A stretch of DNA of 58,741 bases, counting the filler, from Platydemus manokwari (taxonomy: Eukaryota), in the NCBI GenBank assembly GCA_037951405.1. It is 5 parts of 5 records of this genome, joined end to end, with 100 filler letters (N's around TTAATTAATTAA, not from the genome) between each part and the next. Parts side by side here need not be neighbours in the genome. Positions count along the whole stretch, not along the records: positions 39,555 to 49,828 come from JBBMOY011150660.1; positions 49,929 to 58,741 come from JBBMOY011345538.1; 3 more parts are not named here. One strand, 5' to 3'. Position 1 is the first letter of the stretch. The number at the start of each line of letters is the position of its first letter. The translations under genes were made by a program, and so were the position numbers. Under the pieces are notes generated by a model. The model was not told the origin of the DNA, made no database searches, and worked only from the letters and a program-made list of their open reading frames with translations. Of the stretch, positions 39,555 to 50,738 are shown one piece after another.

Positions 39555-41100
39555 ACTTATCTTTCGAAGAGATAATTATCTATCTGCCAAACAGTCTAGA
39601 GGTCGGTGGATATCATGCATGGTAAAACTAATTTTTTTTGTCACTCAATTGAGTCTTTGATAATACACACACATCCGAGCAGATCCATCCTTTTCTCCAA
39701 CAATGATCAGTGATAAAATCCAAAGCACTCTTGCATGGTTTTATTACTCCTGTTCCAAGCAAGGATTTTAACACATCTTCATTTTTTGCTTCTAAGTGCA
39801 TATAATGTGTTCTGGAATTCTGCGAAATAAGACTTCTGGTAATTATAATATAGTGAACAATTAAGTTGGTTCTAAATAGATCCAATTTCAAAATCATGAT
39901 TATTTTTCCTTATTCCTCAATGAGTCCTTTACTCGTCTCCTCAGTCGTGATCGTTTCCAGTGCGTGTTTTGATCTTTTCTCATCTGCATATTTATCTTTA
40001 AATTCTGATGAATCGATATTAACCACCATTTTCAGCTGAATCTAAAATGCATTCATCATGTTGACACCTCAAATAAATTCGAAGCAAATTCTTTTTGCTA
40101 GAACAGCCCTAATTTTCTTTTCTTTCCATTTCATTTGCAATCAAGTCTGAATAACCCAACTGAGCGTTTGGTATCCTTCGAAAACACTCCACTAAGTATA
40201 ATCAAACTATCCTGCAATTTCGGGCTTCCACTTTTTTGCAATAGCACTAGCTCATCACTGTAATTGAATCCCTCGAAATCCGCAACATCTCAATTTTAGG
40301 TCTGTTGATCAACACATTACTTCACACCTCGTGGCTGTTCTTTTTAAAAATATCTTCATATCTGGTTCCATTTCGAATTTTATTGTTATCTATTAATTAA
40401 ACCCACCGATAAAATGTATGCGACGAAGCTGATAGGTTTAGTTCTTCTACGTCTTACATCACTGCGTCTTCGATGGGATCAAATTGCTGCTCGATTTCGT
40501 CTTAAATACATAAAATTCTACATTCAACTTTGTGTTCGGTACCCCTTATTAAATGAACGATCTGAAATGATGACCTTCTTGTCCGAATATTAAACATTTA
40601 TGACTTAGGGAACACTGGCTTCTGTGACGTTCGATTTCTCCAGAACAGAAGCAATTGTCTCCGTACAAGCGTTTTTCTTTATGTTTAGGCATGCCTCTAC
40701 ACTTATTGTAAAGTTTCTTGGCCCTGTATTTCATTGAATACACTGATCTCTCTCTTTCTGAATCAAACTTCTGTTGTGAAGGTTCCTTGTTCTGATAGTA
40801 TGTGGTAGTTTATAATTACTTGATTCGTTGCTTTCTTTTTGAAATGGTATTTTCCACTTGTTGCTTCTTTCAGTTTTTAGCGCTTGAGCTACGAATTGTA
40901 TTGACAGACTAGGAATCTCATTGTAAACTTTTTTCTCGATTCTTGGACACCTTTGCAGCGCTCCTAACTTTTATGGTATCCATGTCTGGCTTTAGGGTAA
41001 GAATGTCACTCAACCCATTAGATCGTGTTTTCTTGCCTGTGATGTCTTTCATTCTGAAATCTTGTTTTAAATAATATTTGTAAAACTCGAACTGATTTTT
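39555..41100 (-). mobile_element. Degenerate Ty3/Gypsy gag-pol remnant
   Basis: Decayed gag zinc knuckles (NCFCSGEIERHRSQC..KCLIFGQEGHHFRSF, 40549-40743) followed by the RT start LKSLLGTGVIKPCKSA..IVGEKDGSARMCVYYQRLN*VTKK (cf. KDGSxRMCVDYRxLN). Truncated at the contig end. Confidence 0.75.
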
Positions 41101-43721
41101 TTAACAGCACCATTGATCGAAACCTGTATTTGATGACAGTAAAATTTGTAACTGACATGTAATTTTATTTCTTGTTGCTGATGATAATATTTATGATCGC
41201 ATTATTGATTTTAAGTTTTATTTTTATTTATTTATTTATAATGTTTATTGAATTATATATTAATATCTAGTTTATATTATAATTGTTTACAATACCAGAT
41301 ATTAGAATATTGGCTAGTTTATTTGTAAACTCGAATAAGTTTTAGATAGAGATTTTGTAGATTACACGAAAGAAGAAATTATTGACTATTGTAGATAATT
41401 CGTATTTTTAGAATACGCCAAATAATATATATTTATAAATTATATTTTATGAATTATTAATTTATTATTTAAATTTATATATTAACATCATCATGATTAT
41501 TAAATTATTATTAAATTATTATAACATTATATTCAATAACAAAATACTTTAATTTTCTTTCAAAATGCTTAAATTGTTTTTATATATAATCCGGAAAAAA
41601 TATCTTCTTCAATAAGATTTTGAAATTTTAAATCAAATCAAAACCTAATTATTCAACATATAAACTACTGACAATAATAAATAACAAATGAAATAAAATT
41701 ATTATTAACTTATTTAGATAAGAAATGGAATAAGAGATTAAGGAAAATAAGATGCTTGTACAACACTATTATTTGATATGATTCCAGAATAATCATTGCA
41801 TTAAAGTAAAAATCAACAAAGACACAGTCAACTAAAGAATCATAAGAAAATTAAAAACATTAATTAGCAAGTATTGTGCGAATATTCATACTAATGACTG
41901 GTACATCTGTTCAAGATATTTATTTCTAACAATGAAGATTGATTTCGTGATTTATTTTAACCTAATTAAAACACATTGTATTACTCACAGTTTTTTCATG
42001 AGATATCTTTACACATATTCTACAACGCGACACCTTTATTATTAATATTTCTTTTGATTTCGCGATACAGAAGTTTCGATAAAAGTAAAAAAATTTAAAA
42101 AAATGTAATATAAATAAACACATGAAATATTTTCCACATTTCCACATTTCGTCCAAAGGCACAATGGCTAAAAATGACTTTTATCGAGTATAATAGCACC
42201 GATTTATTATATTTTCAAAATATTTATTCATCGCTATCATCAAATCACATTTTTATTACAAAATGTTAGCATTTTGATATTGAAAACCTTTCGAATTTTT
42301 GCAATAGATTTTGTGATTTTTATAATTCAAATACGATTAAGATTAATTATTAAAATTATTCTAGTACATTGAAATCCAATATGCCTATCCTTATTATATC
42401 ATGAAATGATAATTTATAAAAAAATCTTAACAATATTTTATATAAATAAACAATCAAAAACAATGATGCGATCATATTTATTATCATCAGCAACAGGAAA
42501 TAAAATTGCATGTCAGTTACAAATTTTACTGTCATCAAATAAAGGTACGATCAAGAATGTTGCTCAATAGTATCAGTTTGAGTTTTACAAATATTATCTC
42601 GAATGAGCCAATCAGAAGAACTCGTCGAGTTTCTTTCAAACTAAATAACAAATAATAATCAATATTTATCAACAAATGACTAAACCAATTTACCATTTTA
42701 TTATATCGAATATTAATAAATATTGTGATATTCGAACACTTTGTATTGGATTGGCATATCTCATCAAACTCGTATAAACTACACTTAGATCGATTCAGAT
42801 CATAGTTAAAGGCTTAGCATTGTATGTGTCAATCCAATTGTATTGATTCCAATCGATTGTAAATACAACTTTTTGTTTTAATGTTAAAGTTATTTGAATC
42901 GACACCAATTATCGAGTAGTATGGAAGCAAGATTAACATCTCAAGAATAATAAAAATGAAATAAAATCCAATTATTTGATGAAATACATTGTATGTGTCT
43001 TTCTTTTATTGATTAAAGAAGATCTTCTTACAAAAATATTTTTTGGTTGAATTATTGCTGATTATTGTTGATGAATTATATATTTTGGTTATCCCTATTT
43101 TTTTAATTATAAATTATATTTTAATAATAACATAATGATTATCATTAAAAATTTTAATGTGAATATTAGGATTTTAAAATGATCAATATGATTTTCAAAT
43201 TATGAATTTAAAAGATTTTGCAATCATGTTTTATTTCCTTTAAAAATCTTAGTTAAATATATTATTTTTCGATACGTTTTTAATGAGTTCTTTATAAAAT
43301 ATAAGCGGTTTCCAAGAAGGAATAAATTTAATAATAAAATACTTTCATACTCAAGTAACACCGATGTTTGATGATTAAGAAATGAAAAAACATCTTAAAT
43401 CGAGCTTCAAAATCTATAAATAATGTTTCTCCATTATTGTATTGATTGATTTATTATTTCTGAAAGGTTGAGAATTGATTATGTAATTTATTTCCACTTA
43501 GAGATCATTCGATTGGCAGCCTTTAGTTTTTGTACATTTTCAATCTTTATGAAAAATTTTGATAACACTGATAGTTTGTAACTAAAAAAGTTACATGATT
43601 TAAGTAGAGGGAAAGGGCTCTTATAACACACACCACAAAATAAATTAAAAAAAAAATACCTCCCCTATTTTTAAAAAGAAATTTAAAAAAATTTTAAAAA
43701 AATATAAAAAACAATAATAAT

Positions 43722-43858
43722 NNNNNNNNNNNNNNNNNNNNNNNNNNNNNNNNNNNNNNNNNNNNNNNNNNNNNNNNNNNNNNNNNNNNNNNNNNNNNNN
43801 NNNNNNNNNNNNNNNNNNNNNNNNNNNNNNNNNNNNNNNNNNNNNNNNNNNNNNNNNN
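43722..43858. other. Assembly gap (137 N, no linker)
   Basis: Plain N run, unlike the four linker spacers; probably an intra-scaffold gap. Confidence 0.9.
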
Positions 43859-44588
43859 TACCCCCTTTTTTATAAATAAATAACAATTTTTTATAACTTT
43901 GATGAATACATTGACACTATTAAAAATAAATTAACGATTTTAAAAATGGATCCAAATAAAATCGCATATGATGTTTATACTAATGATGAATTATCAGTAA
44001 TATATATTAATATTCGTTATCCTGATCAGAAAAATGAATTAGAATCTTCATGTGATCCGACATAAGGTGCTAACAATGTAGGTTTGTATAACTTATGTTA
44101 TTTTAATGATAGATAGGTCATTATGGTAAATTAAGAACAGATAAAATAATATCAGATAAAATAATTTTCTTTGAATAAATCTATGATTTCATTTTTTGTT
44201 TTTATCTGATAAACAACCTTCAATCGCTATAAATTCCAAGAGATTACTTTTTAACGATCTATTAAGAAATATATTACCAATAAATAAATTTATTTCATAT
44301 GATTTATGAAATTCTTTAAGTAATTTATCATTAAAGTAAATACCACACTTTTCACTGATATAATGTATTTTATTAAATTCATAAATTACTAGTCTAGGTT
44401 TTGTAGTCATTATATCCCATTTCTTTCACATATAATGAAAAGATCATTTTTCATCAACACATAAATTCTGTTCCATATTTTTTATCCTAGAAGACAGTTC
44501 GATCTTTTGTTCCAATACAACTTCCTTTTCCTTCAACATATTGAACAAGAAAGATAAAAGTAAAATTCGGATATGCATATCCCACATA

Positions 44589-47500
44589 CAAAAAAAACAA
44601 AAAACAAAAAAACAAATATTTATTCACAATGTAAATCCAAAAAGTCAGAGTCCATTCCGAAGATTGGCATGTAGTATCACTGGCGGCTATTTGCAAAGTT
44701 CCTTGGTGTCTTGGTGTTCTTCGTATTCCGAACATGATTAGTTTTGACAAAGTCCATTTCTACAAAATTTTACCCAAATAGAACATACAAGTCAGAACTT
44801 ACAAGTCCGAAACCATAACCACGAAAAGATATAAAATTCCGAGGCTACAGTTCCAAACTCGCAAGACCGAACTCATAAGTTTGAAATCATATGTCCATAA
44901 AAAGTCCGTTTCTACAAAATTCAACCCAAATACAAAATACAAGTCCGAACTCACAAATCCAAAACCATAACTCCGAATAGATAAAAGTCCAAGGTTACAG
45001 CTCCGAGCTCGCAAATCCGAACTCATAATTCTGAAATTATATAAAATTTAAAGACCAAAATACAAGTAACAAAATAACAATGACTAAAGATTAAATAAAA
45101 TTCACAAGTCCAAAAAGTCAATGTCAGATAAAAAATAAGTAAAGTCCGATAAACAACAAAGTCCGATTAAAAGTTATTGAGCATCATCGTCCTCCCCCTC
45201 ACTTGCCGAAAAAGATAATTGCGGATGGAACTTACTTGCTCTTGGTATATTGACATTTCTCTTACCCGTGTGGAACTGCCATTGGAGGAACGATGCGCTA
45301 ATGTTTGATTTAATACATTTAATTGCCAGTTTGTTGATTTGTTGTTGACTCAACCCGAGTTTTCTTAATATTAAATCATTGGTCTTAACCCAAGTGCCAA
45401 ATACTCCAAATATAAAAGTATATAATTCCACCGTGAATTTGGGGAATTTTGATTTTATATCATTACGTAATTGCTAATACTTTGACAGATTTTTCTTATC
45501 TGTTTCATCGATTAACTTAGGCTCATCCATTGGGGACTTGATATCAATGAGCATAATTGTTGATTTACTTTCATTGATCATTTGTAAATCTACTCGTAGG
45601 CTGGAATCAACAAACTGGCATTTTTCGTCTATAAAAATTCTAAAGTCAGTGTTATATTCTATAAAACGTGCGACTATATTCACAATCTCATTGTGCATAT
45701 ATGTTTTAAAAGAACTTGATGGAGGGAACATGGTAAAAATACGAGTTTGTGATTCTGTTGGATATAGGCACTTCCGTCAATCTTACCAATGTCGATCCGT
45801 CTGAAAGAGAATTTGGGGCCTCTTTTTGCATATTTCTTGAGTTCACAAAATTTATTACAAGCCTTACCGCATGGATATTGACATTCTGGTAGTACAAAAG
45901 GAGGTTGTTGTTTCTTGGTATAATGTTTCTCCAACTCCTTCTTTGGCCATGAATCCGCATTTGTGAGCGATTGATGATCTGGAATGCCGCAGACGGAGCG
46001 ACATTGAAAAGTTTCCTAAGTTTCAAATTTGTTGAGCCACGGTCGAGATCATTGGAAGCACTGCCTAGAAAGACTTGGTTAGGTTGTTTGATCGGTGTCA
46101 TGTATGTTATGTGCTTGCATATTTTTAGATACATTGGTGTTTATGTTGGTGTTTATGTTGTGTCCTAGACTTTTGAGTATCTCTATTGTGTCTTTTAGTG
46201 TCTCTTGAGGTAAGCAGAGTAGTTGTTCGTCTCTCTTGATTTTCTTTTCGTATTGCAAGTATACGGTGTTTGCCTTTTCATTTATTTTTGTAATGTTTAT
46301 TATTGTCAAGGGGTACTCTGTTGCATGTGTTTCTTATGTAGCCAAAGACTAGAGGACCACTTTCACCGAAGTTTGATTGTAGGTGGCGAGTACAGTTGCT
46401 GTTGACTGGTTTGAGTTTTTCGTTTTTCCACAATAGTCGAGTTATGTTTGTGCTTGTGATATTGATGATGTTTTCTTTTTCTTCTGTCTGTATATCACCT
46501 TCTGGGTCGAGAATTGTAATTGATTCGTTCAGTACGTTAACAATGACCACAACCCACTTCCTTGTCTGGAGGAGAAGAGGGCAGAAGATGATTTCTCTAT
46601 TGTCAAAGTATTTGAGTGATAAGAATTCTTTAATTTCTTCTATATTATCTGGGCCAGTGCTCTGCTCAGAAAGGGTTCTAAAATTAAAAACTCTCTACAT
46701 CTTGTGTCATTTCTGGTCATTACTGTCATGTGCCTTTCTGAGAAGAGCAGGCAGTCATCGTGAAATATGTTTTCTTGCTGTTGCTGTGTTTTTGTTTGTC
46801 CTCCTCCAACTCTATGTGTCTTTGTGTTATGTGGTGTGTGCGCTTTGCACTTGGTGCGTATGTTCTTAATGTTGATCTTGTTAATGTTGAGTTTCTTTGT
46901 TATTCCAATTGCATATGCACAAATTAATGGTCTGCAGTCGTCATTTTTTGTCTGTACTTGTCTCTCACTGTATTTCTTTGGACCATTTAATGTCGTGTTT
47001 GCCCAGTATTGTGATTGTTTTAGTACACTGATTTTTTGTTGGCTTTGGCAGAGGCTTCGAGGAGGAAGACACTCTGGTCTCCCATGGGATCGATCAATTC
47101 CATTCCTTCGTCTCGAGACCCAAGCAGGAGAACCCAGTGTATGTTCCTAATGTTTATTGGTGTGTTGAATGTCTTGCTAGTGTTCAATGTCGGTATGCAT
47201 ATGTTAGATTCCTCAATGTTTAAATTGAATGTGACTATAGTTTCAGTGATGTATGAGCCTAGATAATATACTTCATGTTCTGGGATGTTGGCCTGTATGA
47301 ATGTGTCTATCTGGTCCCCAGAGAACCAGAGTGGATTGTCAAGCACTGAGAGGTCATATCTTGAAGTGGTGGTGTTAATGTTGGTGACCCTCTCAGTGCT
47401 ACCCCATCAATCTCGTTTGAGTGATTTGTTTGGAAGTGGGGTGGATGCGTTGAGGATGTTGATGTCGAACTTGTTCTTCTTGCTTGCTTTGACTTGGTTT

Positions 47501-48440
47501 CTGGGTGGACCTTCGATGCAAGTTTTTCTACCCTAAACGTATACGTGGCTTTGGTGAAGTGATGTTTGAGAGTTGAAGGTCGAGAAGCATTCTTGAGATG
47601 TTGGAAGTATTTGTTTATCTCCTAAATACTCGCAACTATTTTCGGTTTCTTCATTGACTTCCTGTGATTTTTTCATTTATTTGACCTCCTTTAATGTACC
47701 AAATAACATGTTCTTGATCTCGTTTATGTCTGCTTCAAGTTTGCTTATTCGTTGGCTCTCAGTGTGTTCTTTGATTTGTGGTGGGTTGGCTTGTGTAATC
47801 TGTTCTTGTGTGATGTTTTCTTGTGTAATGATTTCTAGTTGATGTTTTCTTGTGTGTCCTTTGGGGTCTTGTCCAAATCGATTGTGTTATCTGGAGTAAC
47901 TGTCTTGTTTATGTTAACTTCGGTGTCTTCTTGATGACTTTGTATTTGTGTTATCTGTATCTGAGGCAATTCTTGAGCCTGGGTTTTGTTTCCTTTGTTA
48001 TGTTTAGTACGTTTGGTTATTGTATCATTGGTTGATCTTGGACCAATTACGCCTATGATTGCCTTCTTTAATTTTCTTATGTTTATGTTTGGATTTTCGC
48101 ATTTCATTGGCTCAATCTTGATAATGATTGTGTTATCTTCTGCAACCTCGATGTTTAGTGAGCGATTGGGTATGTTAGGAATAAATGGGGTGTATGTTTT
48201 GTTATTCGTGTTTGCAGTGCTGTCAGTGTTGCATTGTGTGTGATGTGTGCAGTGCGTGTAGTGTTGTTAATGTTAGTGTTGGTAATGCCAATGATGTCAT
48301 TTTTGGCAGTGCTTCCAGTATTTTTGATATCTTCTTGTTTTCTGCTATTGTTGTTGTTTGGGTTAGAATTTTTAAATCTTGTTGGTCTTGATTGGCTTCT
48401 GTTATTTCTATAGTTGTTTTGTTCATTTCTGCTTGTATTT
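44589..48440 (-). mobile_element. NeSL/R5-like RLE-type non-LTR retrotransposon, RT-deleted, with two tandem Ulp1-like protease domains
   Basis: Order on the minus strand: low-complexity N-terminus; Ulp1-1 (LWFSGDQID..NIHWVLLL..LIDPMG..QTKNDDCRPLICAYA); Ulp1-2 (RKWVVVIV..ILDPEG..LQSNFGESGP); pre-RT-like LRKLFNVAPSAAFQII..KELEKHY; decayed CCHC knuckle (*RKCLYPTESQTRIFTMF); RLE (HNEIV..LRVDLQM..LIDIKSP..KKNLSKY..IFGVFGTW); 3' UTR; AATAAA; (T6-8G)n tail. Confidence 0.8.
44750..45045. repeat. ~150-bp tandem duplication in the retroelement 3' UTR
   Basis: AAGTCC(A/G)TTTCTACAAAATT..CCCAAATA..ACAAGTC.GAACT..AAACCATAAC..CTCGCAA..CCGAACTCATAA occurs at about 44750-44900 and again at 44901-45045. Confidence 0.85.
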
Positions 48441-48442
48441 CA

Positions 48443-49555
48443 TACAGAGGTGCTTCTCATAATAGTTGTAATTTAAATGATCAATCTTTAAGGGATTTTT
48501 TCAACCCTTGTTATTTCCATAATGGCTTTAAATATGATTTTCACTTATATTTTTTAGAGTTATTAAGAAAATATCCAAATGCTAAATATAAAATTATTCC
48601 ACGAACTGATGAGGAATATATAAGTTTTAGTTTTAAGAAAATTAGATTCTTAGATTCATATAGGATAACTGGAAAGTCAATAAAAGATTTAGGTGAAATT
48701 TTAGAAAAATCAAACGAATCTAAAATTCTTGAATCTTTCGAGCTAAAGCCAAAGAAAAGTTTTCTCCCTTATGATTATATAAGGGGGAATAACTTTAGAG
48801 AAGCAGATTCTCCATTAATGAGAGAAAATAATGTAAATAATAATATTTCTATTAAACATACATTCTTCTTTTCAAGCATTCTTTTTAAAAATGATTTTAA
48901 AAATTTTAAAAATTTGAAAGAATACATGTTGTTTTATATGAAAATAGATGTATTAATTTTAGCAGATTTATTTGAGAAATTGAGAGATACCTGCTTAAAT
49001 CATTATGGAATAGATCCTGTCAATTGTTATAGTACGCCGGGATTATCATGGCAAGCTGGTTTAAAATATTCAAAAGTTAAACTAAAATATTTTAAACCAG
49101 AAACCCATAATCAATTATTATTAATTGAAAAGGAATTCGTGGGGGAATAAGTTCTGTGCATGGAAATACGAAAGTTATTTCCAACAACAGAACTACAAAT
49201 AAAAATTTCGACAGGTATTATATACCTGAAAAACATGAATGGGATAAAATAATAAAGGATTCCAAAAAAGAAACTTTTGACATGTCGCATTATTTTAAGG
49301 AAAGAGTGTCTAAATATTATGACCCTAATTCCTTATATGCAACATGTATGTGTTCACCACTATTAAAGGGTGAAATTGAAGAAGTCGATCTTATATATGA
49401 AAGGGCAACTTCTGATGAAGAGGGATTTATTTATAAGATTGATAAGGATTATCCAAAAGAAACCCATAAAAAAATACAATATTTCCCACTTTAGCCGGAG
49501 AAATTTGAAGTTACTGATAAATTATTATCAGACTATCAGTTAAACAATAGAGCTA
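48443..49555 (+). pseudogene. Maverick/Polinton-type protein-primed DNA polymerase B fragment
   Basis: YRGASHNSCNL, FHNGFKYDFHL, RFLDSY, FLPYDY, YMKIDVLILADLFEKLRDTCLNHYGIDPVNCYSTPGLSWQAGLK, frameshifted KGIRGG and YYDPNSLYATCM (motif A, cf. DVNSLY). Frameshift near 49135, stop at 49492, truncated at both ends. Confidence 0.88.
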
Positions 49556-49828
49556 ATGTTCTAATTTCTTGAACAACTCTGATATTGTTTACTGAACTAT
49601 TATCAAACTTATGAACCATAGACATTCTTGCAGATATTTTTTGTGTAAAATTCGTTGAAGTATATTTCGCATATGAATAATAATATAATCAAATTTTAAT
49701 CCCTTATCTAAGCAATACAAAACATACATAGATAATAGTCCACATAATTCGCCTTCAGTTTGTATTTGAATTTTATTATAGGTTAGTTTGTTTTTATCAA
49801 GAAAATTATAAACTTCTTTAGTTGGTAA

Positions 49829-49928
49829 NNNNNNNNNNNNNNNNNNNNNNNNNNNNNNNNNNNNNNNNNNNNTTAATTAATTAANNNNNNNNNNNNNNNN
49901 NNNNNNNNNNNNNNNNNNNNNNNNNNNN
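49829..49928. other. Artificial contig spacer N44-TTAATTAATTAA-N44
   Basis: Same design as the other spacers. Confidence 0.97.
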
Positions 49929-50659
49929 TATATATATGAATAAATTGACGAAATTTTCAAAAAATGTCGATAGATAAACTAAAAAGTCCAGATTATCAAG
50001 TTGTATACAGAAAGGATATTTTAAATGATAAAATAATTTTTGTGGCTTTTGACGTGATAAAATCAGTCCAAACAAAATGTTGGTTTATTTGCTCTTAGTT
50101 TTTATCGTTATTTCACATTTACAATCCAGTTATTTATTATAAGCCTCTTCCACCGGCTAATAATGGTCTCAGAGTTGTACATCTTTGAAAACCACGGATT
50201 CCTAAAACAGTAATGTTGCAAGAATATAATCAATAGATGAATCAACCAAAAGATAAATATTCATTTAGCAACAAAACAAATGATAATGCTGGACAATTGT
50301 AATAGATTATGAGAAGTTATCATTAATGACAGCTTCTAATTGCCTAGCATTACACTAAAACCCGTTATAAATCTCAAATAATTCTAATTATATATAAACT
50401 GTTTATTAAATTTTAATTAAAATCCATTTTTCAAAGATTTTATCAATGCGCTGTTTTCTTTTCGAAATTACTGTGGGTGGCAAATTTTTTCTTCGAGCTA
50501 TAAATTTCAACTATTGTTCATTTTCAGACAGATATGATTAATTAATACTATTATAATTATTATGATACTGAAGTATATTATTAATGTATATTATTAATAA
50601 TGTTTATGTTAATAATATGTTAATATTTAACATTAATATAATATGTTAATAATATATAT

Positions 50660-50738
50660 AGAGGGAGAGAGGGGAGGGAAAGGAAGAGAGGAAGAGAGGG
50701 GGAGAGGAGAGAAGGAGAGAGAGAAGAGATAGGGATAG
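50660..50738. repeat. GA-rich polypurine tract
   Basis: About 70 bp consisting almost entirely of G and A. Confidence 0.85.

Noticed and set aside
41900-43000. Possible exon fragments on the minus strand
   Set aside because: Multiple stops, implausibly short putative intron (about 28 nt) and no recognisable protein motif.
44455-44483. ACACATAAATTCTGTTCCATATTTTT resembling the U6 snRNA 3' end; TGTAGTATC near 44670 resembling U2
   Set aside because: Short AT-rich matches without the rest of the snRNA. The U2-like motif is in the wrong orientation for a U2-targeting element.
45971-48391. Numerous hydrophobic plus-strand ORFs
   Set aside because: Antisense to the A/C-rich retroelement coding strand; compositional artefacts.
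48392-48442. Hydrophobic N-terminus (MASVISIVVLFISAC) on the PolB ORF, suggesting a signal peptide or fusion
   Set aside because: It is antisense retroelement sequence that happens to be in frame across the junction, and it starts at TTG.
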